This document shows positions 17,387 to 23,668 of a stretch of DNA of 23,668 bases, in pieces (the stretch's first letter is position 1; each line of letters begins with the position of its first letter). Location: positions 1 to 23,668 of the forward strand of contig DATNPH010000131.1 in assembly GCA_036703315.1 (NCBI GenBank), written 5' to 3'. The stretch comes from Coleofasciculaceae cyanobacterium (GTDB lineage: Bacteria > Cyanobacteriota > Cyanobacteriia > Cyanobacteriales > Coleofasciculaceae). The notes beneath the pieces were generated by a model. The model ran no database searches. It was not told the DNA's origin and saw only the letters and a list, made by a program, of their open reading frames with translations. The position numbers were made by a program, and so were the translations under genes.

Positions 17387-19714
17387 ATGAGAAATTCCAG
17401 AGCTTTTTGGAGATCAGCTTTGCTCGTGCCTTTTAGGCAATCGCTTCACTCGTCTACTAGTATCAAGACTCCTGTCATTAAGCAGTTAGCTGCCTCAGTC
17501 ATTGCAACCCTGGCATTCACTTCAGTAAGTGCAGGTTTGAAACCTACCCTAACTCAAGTCACTTCTGCAACTACCCCATTGACTTCAACGGTAGTCAAGT
17601 CAACACCTATAGCTGTTAACACTAACCTGATTCACCCAGAGGTAACAGCCTCTGTATCATCGCCGCTTAACAAAACCTTGTCGCCTATTGCGAGGGTGCA
17701 AACCAGTGGTAGTCAATATCAAACTATGCAGCTTTTCGACCTTGGCGGACTCATTGGAATCATTGTGGTGGGGGGTTTGATTATCTGTGTCCCTCTATTC
17801 TTCGGAGGACTAGTTGTCATTGGTGAACGGGAAGTCGGCATTGTTGTTAAGAAATTTGCTGTTTCTGGTCGTGGGCTGCCACCAGGACGACTCATTGCCC
17901 TAGATGGCGAAGCGGGATATCAAGCAGATACTCTCGCCCCCGGTTGGCACTGGGGCTATTGGCCTTGGCAATATAACGTTCGCAAAGAACCTGTAACTGT
18001 CGTCCCTCAAGGTGAAATCGCCCTAATTGTCGCCGCTGATGGTACCTCTATCCCGCCGCAACGTATCTTAGGTAAAGTCGCCGCTTGCGACAATTTTCAG
18101 GACGCCCGTAAGTTTCTCAAGGGAGGTGGAGAAAAAGGTCGTCAGCTGGGCATCTTGACTGCCGGAACTTACCGTATAAATACCGCCTTGTTTACGGTAA
18201 TCACAGCTGCCAACGCTAGCCATCATGGAATGAAACCTGAGCTGTTGCGGTTGTACAGTATTTCTCCTGACAAAGTTGGCATTGTTACCACCTTGGATGG
18301 CATCCCTATTGAAGAAGGTGAAATCGCAGGTCCGGTGATCCATGATCACGATAACTTCCAAAATGCTCAAAAATTTATCAGTGGTGGTGGACGACGCGGT
18401 TTACAGGAGCAAGTTCTACTTTCTGGTTCTTGGAACTTGAATCCTTGGTTTGTGGGCGTTGAACAAGTCGCCATGACTGAAATTCCGATTGGCTATGTTG
18501 GCGTGGTGATTTCTTATGTGGGCAAAGCGCAAGAAGATGTCAGTGGTGCAGCGTTCACTCACGGAAATTTGGTGAATCCGGGGCACAAGGGCGTGTGGGT
18601 AACACCACTTTATCCGGGTAAGCATCCGCTCAATACCCGTGTTTTAAAAGTTGAGCTGGTGCCAACGATTAATATTGTGCTCAACTGGTCTGGTAGAACA
18701 GAACGACACAGCTACGACTCGAAACTCTCCTCTCTGACGGTGCGTTCCAAGGATGGTTTTGCCTTTGATTTGGAAATTGCTCAGATTATTCATGTGGGGG
18801 CTTTGGATGCACCAAAAGTAATCTCTCGTGTTGGTGCAATGCAGAATCTGGTAGACCATGTGTTGCAGCCAACGGTAGGAAATTACTTCCGCAACTCGGC
18901 TCAAGCTTACACGGTACTTGACTTTTTGACGGCTCGTTCAGAGAGACAGGCGGAAGCGGCTGAGTATATTAAAACAGCACTGCGCGCCTATGATGTGCAG
19001 GCGATCGATACCCTAATTGGGGATATTTTGCCACCAGCAGAGCTGATGATGACGCAAACTGATCGCAAGATTGCTGAGGAACAACGCAAGACGTATGAAG
19101 TGCAGCAAATGGCACAGACTCAGCGTCAGCAGTTGGTAAGGGAAACAGCGATCGCCAACATTCAGCAAGATCTAGTTCAGTCAGAGCAAGGAGTGAAAAT
19201 TGCTGAACTGAAGGCAAATGCCAGAGTTAAGGAAGCTACAGGTGAAGCAGAATCGATTCGAGTGACGGGAAATGCCAAAGCACAAGCCTACAAAGCTGGT
19301 GTTATGGCTTTGGGATCGCAGGGTTATACAGCGTTACAGCTGATGCAGGTTATTGGCGATCGCCATGTGCGTGTTGTCCCAGATGTTGCCGTCAGCGGTA
19401 ATGGTAATGGTGCTGGCTTAGTTGATGGCTTGTTAGGCATGATGCTTTGGAATCAAACGGGTAAGCCAAATGGGACACAGCCGTCTAATTCTCCGGTAGC
19501 ACCCGCCACCGCAACAATGACGGCTGAGTTGGAATCTGCTCCCTTGTCACCCATCACGGAAGCACAACCCACTCTCCCAGATAGCTCTTCCCCAAAGGTG
19601 ACAGCCCAAATAGCTAAACCTCCTGCGCCAAAAGCATCCCAAGCTGCCCCAGGCAGGACAGCAGTTGATCCATTGTTCAATCAGTCATTGCAGGATACCC
19701 CGCCCTTAGGCTGA
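17387..19714 (+). CDS. Flotillin/SPFH (band-7)-like membrane protein with an about 120-aa Ser/Thr-rich N-terminal extension and a C-terminal coiled-coil/EA-like region (start at ATG 17387 with GAGAGGGA RBS; the track ORF begins at 17363)
   Basis: TM LIGIIVVGGLIICVPLFFGGLVV then EREVGIVVKKF. An internally duplicated module (ACDNFQDARKFLKGGGEKGRQ / HDHDNFQNAQKFISGGGRRGLQ). C-terminal Q/A/E/K-rich heptads (AEEQRKTYEVQQMAQTQRQQLVRETAIANIQQDL...KANARVKEATGEAESIRVTGNAKAQAYKAG) resemble the YqiK/flotillin tail. Confidence 0.55.
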   Translation: MRNSRAFWRSALLVPFRQSLHSSTSIKTPVIKQLAASVIATLAFTSVSAGLKPTLTQVTSATTPLTSTVVKSTPIAVNTNLIHPEVTASVSSPLNKTLSPIARVQTSGSQYQTMQLFDLGGLIGIIVVGGLIICVPLFFGGLVVIGEREVGIVVKKFAVSGRGLPPGRLIALDGEAGYQADTLAPGWHWGYWPWQYNVRKEPVTVVPQGEIALIVAADGTSIPPQRILGKVAACDNFQDARKFLKGGGEKGRQLGILTAGTYRINTALFTVITAANASHHGMKPELLRLYSISPDKVGIVTTLDGIPIEEGEIAGPVIHDHDNFQNAQKFISGGGRRGLQEQVLLSGSWNLNPWFVGVEQVAMTEIPIGYVGVVISYVGKAQEDVSGAAFTHGNLVNPGHKGVWVTPLYPGKHPLNTRVLKVELVPTINIVLNWSGRTERHSYDSKLSSLTVRSKDGFAFDLEIAQIIHVGALDAPKVISRVGAMQNLVDHVLQPTVGNYFRNSAQAYTVLDFLTARSERQAEAAEYIKTALRAYDVQAIDTLIGDILPPAELMMTQTDRKIAEEQRKTYEVQQMAQTQRQQLVRETAIANIQQDLVQSEQGVKIAELKANARVKEATGEAESIRVTGNAKAQAYKAGVMALGSQGYTALQLMQVIGDRHVRVVPDVAVSGNGNGAGLVDGLLGMMLWNQTGKPNGTQPSNSPVAPATATMTAELESAPLSPITEAQPTLPDSSSPKVTAQIAKPPAPKASQAAPGRTAVDPLFNQSLQDTPPLG

Positions 19715-19927
19715 AACTAATACTTTCTATAGCAAAAGGCTCATATGCTGAGGGCAGAGGGCTTTTATGTTTATTAGTGATACGTGGTCATTTCAGCCGT
19801 TATATCTGTCCTAACCTTTATAGCGACAGCTATAAATCTTTTTCCAACTGGGAAGTCAATCTTGTAGGGGCGCAAGGCGTTGCGTCCTTACAGTAAATAA
19901 ATTTGCTTCATCCTTCACACTTTTTTG

Positions 19928-21817
19928 ATGACTTATTGTGTCAACCCTGACTGTCCAAAGCCGCAAAACCCTGAAATCAACAAATTTTGCCAGGGTTGCG
20001 GCTTTGATTTATTGCTGCAACGCTATCGCGCTACTGAGTTAATTGGTCAGGGTGGATTTAGTAGAACCTTCCTAGCCGTGGATGAAGGTCAATCTCCTCC
20101 ATCTCCTTGTGTGCTGAAACAGCTGTGGACAAAGAATCTAACCCCTGAAGTCTCAAACAAAGCGGTCACCCTATTTCAACAGGAGATACTGCAACTAGAG
20201 AAATTAGGCAACCATCCACAAATTCCCACTCTACTTGCACACTTTGAACACAATCAGTACCTGTACCTAGTACAAGAGTTCATTGATGGCACTAACTTGG
20301 CTAGAGTCGTGCAGCAAAATGGGACATTCAGCGAAGCTCAGATTTGGCAACTTCTGGATGATTTATTACCACTCCTGAAGTTTATCCACGACCATCAAGT
20401 CATCCATCGAGATATTAAACCTGAAAATATCATTCGTCGCCACGATGGTCAGATAGTATTAGTTGACTTTGGTGCAGCCAAAGTGGTGACAGGCAGGGAA
20501 TCGGTGCAAGCAGGAACCTGCATCGGTAGTCCAGAATATGTGGCACCAGAGCAAGCGAGAGGAAAAGCTGTTTTTGCTAGTGATCTTTACAGCTTAGGCG
20601 TCAGCTGCATTTACCTGCTGACTTGCATTCCTCCTTTTGATTTATTTGATGTAGTCAATGATTGTTGGGCTTGGCGAGATTATTTGACTCAGGATGTGAG
20701 CGCAGATCTTGCTCAAATTTTAGACAAACTTTTGGCATACGCGATCGCCCACCGCTTTCAATCAGCCGATGAAGTCATGCAAGCCATTAATCAAGTAAGG
20801 GGGCAAAAGAGAAGGGAAAAGGGGGAGAATTTGCTGTCCCATCGCGGACAAACCGACGATCTAATCAATCCCTCACTCACCACTCAAAGATGGCAGTGCC
20901 TTCATACCCTAGCTAACAAGTCAGCTGTCAATTCAGTCGCCATTAGCCCAGATGGTAGGCTATTGGCTAGTGGCAGCGATGACAAAAGCATTCGCTTGTG
21001 GAATCTAGACACTGGACAAGCCATCTCAACTCTGATTGGACATTCACAGAGTGTTCAGTCTGTTGCCTTCAATCCTGACGGTACAATCCTTGCCACGGGT
21101 AGTGATGATCAAACCGTCAAATTGTGGAACTTGAACGACCATCAGGAAATTTGTACGTTTTTTGGGCATTCCCAAGCTGTTAAATCCGTAGCTTTTAACC
21201 CTCAAGGTAATCTCTTAGCTAGTGGTAGCTGGGATAAAACCATTAAACTGTGGAATGTTCAGACAGGTATACAAGAAAGCACACTCGTAGGTCATCGGTT
21301 GCAGGTCACTTCAGTGGCTTTTAGTCCTTGCGGTAAATTTCTTGCCAGTGGAAGTTTTGATAGAACAATTCGCTTGTGGGAGTTGTCTTCCGGGTTGTCC
21401 TCCACATTAGAGGGTCACTCTTGGGCTGTTTTTGCTGTTGCCTACCCTTCGAGAACGCCTGCGGCGAACAGTCCTGATGGAAAAACTCTCGCAACGGGAG
21501 GAGGTGATAACACTATCATCTTGTGGGACTTGAACACTGGGAAACCACTTTACACGCTTTTGGGTCACTCTTGGTCAGTGGTAGCAGTCGCCTACTCTTC
21601 GAGAACGCCTGTGGCGAACAGTCCTGATGGAGAGACTTTGCTCAGTGGCAGTTGGGACAAGACGATTAAGCTTTGGCAGGTTAGCACAGGGCAAGAAATA
21701 GCCTCTCTTTCTGGGCATTTAGATTCAGTCTCTGCTGTGGCAATTAGCCCCAGTAGGCAAATTATTGCTAGTGGTAGCAAAGATAAGACTGTCAAGCTTT
21801 GGCATCGGGTTGGTTAA
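19928..21817 (+). CDS. Ser/Thr protein kinase with N-terminal zinc ribbon and C-terminal seven-bladed WD40 domain (PkwA-like)
   Basis: Zinc ribbon CVNPDCPKPQNPEINKFCQGCG. Hanks kinase motifs GQGGFSRTF, VLK, HRDIKPENI, DFG, SPEYVAPE. Seven WD repeats (GH..V.SVAFSPDG...SGS.D.T.KLW). Confidence 0.85.
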   Translation: MTYCVNPDCPKPQNPEINKFCQGCGFDLLLQRYRATELIGQGGFSRTFLAVDEGQSPPSPCVLKQLWTKNLTPEVSNKAVTLFQQEILQLEKLGNHPQIPTLLAHFEHNQYLYLVQEFIDGTNLARVVQQNGTFSEAQIWQLLDDLLPLLKFIHDHQVIHRDIKPENIIRRHDGQIVLVDFGAAKVVTGRESVQAGTCIGSPEYVAPEQARGKAVFASDLYSLGVSCIYLLTCIPPFDLFDVVNDCWAWRDYLTQDVSADLAQILDKLLAYAIAHRFQSADEVMQAINQVRGQKRREKGENLLSHRGQTDDLINPSLTTQRWQCLHTLANKSAVNSVAISPDGRLLASGSDDKSIRLWNLDTGQAISTLIGHSQSVQSVAFNPDGTILATGSDDQTVKLWNLNDHQEICTFFGHSQAVKSVAFNPQGNLLASGSWDKTIKLWNVQTGIQESTLVGHRLQVTSVAFSPCGKFLASGSFDRTIRLWELSSGLSSTLEGHSWAVFAVAYPSRTPAANSPDGKTLATGGGDNTIILWDLNTGKPLYTLLGHSWSVVAVAYSSRTPVANSPDGETLLSGSWDKTIKLWQVSTGQEIASLSGHLDSVSAVAISPSRQIIASGSKDKTVKLWHRVG

Positions 21818-22324
21818 ATCAGCTAATCTAATCATTGTTTAATAAGGGGAAGTACGCTTCCTTCCCTTCAACCCCCAAGCCCAAGCGGAGGTATAAAAAT
21901 CAACTAACTACTTAGATATAAGCCTTTGAGTAGGCGATAAATTTTCCAAAAACTCTTACTGTTAATGATGAGCTTGCTATTAGTCGGTTCTACTCCTGAG
22001 CGCTAAACAACAGGGGTAAATCAAAACCTCTGAAAGCATAGATAAAACAACTTATAGCATGATCTAATAAGTTCGACATCCTATCAGCGGCAATGCTTAT
22101 CTAATGTTGGCTTTACTTAAAGCCTACTGCTTTAGTTAGATTCAGTATTCTACCTAAAGTATTTTTTTGGTGACTATAAAACAGAGTTCTGCTGTATAAA
22201 CCATTGCTTCAGATTTAACAATTTCTCTAGGAGTGAATTTAACACTAGCTAGTTCATTTTCTCTGCCCTATCCCACTTGATTAGGCGTGTCAGAAGTTAT
22301 TAACCGTTAGGATTATAAAAAATA

Positions 22325-22552
22325 ATGACAACAGATAAAATCCGAGTGAGTGTGTATCTAAGTTCTGAAAACTATCAACAGTTACAAGAATACATGACTA
22401 GACAAGAACTTTCACAGACTAAGGCTATCAATGCTATTATCGGAAGCTACCTCACAGATAAACCAGAGGATGAACTGACGGGGCAAATCATGAGACTAGA
22501 GCAGCAGCTGAGTGATTTAAAACGCCATGTACTCGCCCTACGCTTCCGTTAG
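22325..22552 (+). CDS. Ribbon-helix-helix (CopG/Arc/MetJ-like) DNA-binding protein with a C-terminal coiled-coil tail
   Basis: Beta-strand KIRVSVYLS, helix A SENYQQLQEYMTRQELS, turn, helix B QTKAINAIIGSYL fit the RHH fold pattern. AT-rich promoter with TATAAA just upstream. Confidence 0.5.
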   Translation: MTTDKIRVSVYLSSENYQQLQEYMTRQELSQTKAINAIIGSYLTDKPEDELTGQIMRLEQQLSDLKRHVLALRFR

Positions 22553-22619
22553 AGGATGTAAAAAATTTCCGCATGAGAGAATAATCGATTTCGGATAAGT
22601 TGGCTGTTTTGGCGATCGA

Positions 22620-22808
22620 ATGGCAGAGTCTAAGCAAGTCAAAACTCAAAAAAGGAAACGTAGAAGTAGTAAGACCCGTGGCTGCTACCTGTATGCTTTC
22701 TTAAATGTGGAACAGCTTAATAAAAAGCGTGTTAGCCTTAACCAACCTGTGGTAAGCCGTGCTCTAGGAGACTTTGAGATTAATATTCCCAAAACTTATT
22801 TGTTATAA
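22620..22808 (+). CDS. Questionable small basic ORF (62 aa; KRKRRSSKTR N-terminus) downstream of the RHH gene
   Basis: Present in the ORF track only. No recognisable motif and no clear RBS, in an AT-rich region. Kept because of its position 67 nt after an RHH gene. Confidence 0.2.
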   Translation: MAESKQVKTQKRKRRSSKTRGCYLYAFLNVEQLNKKRVSLNQPVVSRALGDFEINIPKTYLL

Positions 22809-22903
22809 ATAATTCGTAAGTCTTTTCAATACGTCAGCAATAAGCACTCTGATACTACTAGCAGAGTGTGTTTATTCATGCCTAACTAATAATAAATTAA
22901 CTC

Positions 22904-22948
22904 TCGATTTAAATACCATGAAGCTTTTGTAAAAACTTCGTAAATCGA
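22904..22948. promoter_or_regulatory. Nested imperfect palindrome (operator-like): TCGATTTA-N8-GAAGCTTTTGTAAAAACTTC-N1-TAAATCGA, immediately upstream of a TATATT -10-like hexamer (22955-22960) and 57 nt before the FG-GAP gene ATG
   Basis: Outer 8-bp arms 22904-22911 / 22941-22948 are exact reverse complements. The inner 20-mer 22920-22939 is itself a near-perfect palindrome. The position overlaps the -35 region of the presumptive FG-GAP promoter. Confidence 0.3.
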
Positions 22949-23004
22949 CTATCTATATTCTAGAATTGAATTTAAAAATAAAAATCAAGACAAGGGCATC
23001 ACCG

Positions 23005-23668
23005 ATGAACCGAGGGAAATCCATAAACAGCTGGAAGCGAATAATCAATATTAACTGGCTTAGGATTAAACCTTTTAGCGCCATTAAACGTATTGGACAG
23101 AGATTAGCCAGAAATAACTTTCGATTTAAAAAGATTTATTTCTCGTTGGTAGTAATTACGCTTTTATTAATTACAGGATTAGCGAATTCATCATTAGCTG
23201 CCTTAAAAGTTTCCACCAGTGATTTCAATGGAGATGGAAAGTCAGATATTGTGTGGCGTCACTCGACGATAGGGGACAATGCCATCTGGTTCATGAATGG
23301 CGGGACTGTATCATTAGCAACGAATATTGAGAGCGATCGCAACCTGAATTGGAAAATTGTTGGGACAGGTGATTTTGATGGGAATGGGACATCAGATTTA
23401 CTGTGGCGTGAAGTGACCCAAGGTATCAATAGAATCTGGTTGATGAACGGTGCTACGGTCGTATCAAGACCTCGGATTCTTGATGCCTTAGACCTCAATT
23501 GGAAAGTAGTAGGTATTAATGACTTTAATGGAGATGGAAAGTCAGATATTGTGTGGCGTCACTCGACGATAGGGGACAATGCCATCTGGTTCATGAATGG
23601 CGGGACTGTATCATTAGCAACGAATATTGAGAGCGATCGCAACCTGAATTGGAAAATTGTCGGTACGG
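23005..23668 (+). CDS. FG-GAP/VCBS-type beta-propeller repeat protein with N-terminal signal-anchor; 3'-truncated by the window edge (not in the ORF track because no stop is reached)
   Basis: My translation from ATG 23005: MNRGKSINSWKRIINI...IYFSLVVITLLLITGLANSSLAALKVSTS then repeats DFNGDGKSDIVWRHSTIGDNAIWFMNGGTV / DFDGNGTSDLLWREVTQGINRIWLMNGATV. These are classic FG-GAP-like (DxDGDGxxD...W.MNG) repeats. Confidence 0.65.
   Translation, partial: MNRGKSINSWKRIININWLRIKPFSAIKRIGQRLARNNFRFKKIYFSLVVITLLLITGLANSSLAALKVSTSDFNGDGKSDIVWRHSTIGDNAIWFMNGGTVSLATNIESDRNLNWKIVGTGDFDGNGTSDLLWREVTQGINRIWLMNGATVVSRPRILDALDLNWKVVGINDFNGDGKSDIVWRHSTIGDNAIWFMNGGTVSLATNIESDRNLNWKIVGT
23221..23668 (+). repeat. 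Tandem in-frame duplication with 300-nt period inside the FG-GAP gene; 134 nt (23227-23360 vs 23527-23660) are 100% identical
   Basis: Lines 23221-23360 and 23521-23660 are identical except for 2 nt at the start. Each unit encodes two FG-GAP repeats (100 aa). The window ends inside the second unit. Confidence 0.8.

Noticed and set aside
21830-21865. Hairpin GGAAG-TACG-CTTCC after the STK stop as a terminator
   Set aside because: Only a 5-bp stem and followed by a C-rich rather than T-rich tract.
1-23668. tRNA/rRNA genes
   Set aside because: Scanned both strands by eye for T-loop-like GGTTCGAATCC/GGTTCAAGTCC motifs and rRNA-like conserved stretches. None found, so no RNA genes are reported.

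Overview
This window looks like chromosomal DNA from a filamentous, probably heterocystous, cyanobacterium (Nostocales-like). Supporting signs are many HIP1 octamers (GCGATCGC), a vipp1/pspA pair, a Ser/Thr kinase with WD40 repeats, STRR-like heptamer repeats and FG-GAP repeat genes. In order, the window holds:
- the 3' part of menB (phylloquinone pathway);
- a small Cys-rich gene with a minus-strand intrinsic terminator;
- a DUF721 (DciA-like) gene divergent from a bitopic SPOR-domain protein with FtsN-like architecture;
- tandem PspA/IM30 paralogues (pspA-like, then vipp1);
- a short relic of a GT4 glycosyltransferase N-terminus;
- a long minus-strand gene string: a split MprF-like aminoacyl-phosphatidylglycerol synthase gene, a hairpin-forming short-tandem-repeat block, an MprF flippase-like gene, a 1268-aa multi-PAS HisKA_2 histidine kinase and a REC-PAS hybrid histidine kinase;
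- a membrane-anchored esterase and a DMT/EamA transporter;
- a 775-783-aa flotillin/SPFH-like protein with an internally duplicated module, followed by a zinc-ribbon-STK-WD40 kinase;
- an AT-rich tail with a ribbon-helix-helix protein, a doubtful small basic ORF, a nested palindromic operator-like site, and the start of an FG-GAP repeat protein carrying a perfect 300-nt-period tandem duplication.
I found no rRNA, tRNA or CRISPR. The most unusual system is the permuted split MprF-like pair, apparently co-transcribed with two PAS sensor kinases and interrupted by a structured repeat. The flotillin-STK-WD40 pair and the RHH/operator/FG-GAP module are next. All functional calls come from reading motifs in the translations by eye. 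No database search was possible.
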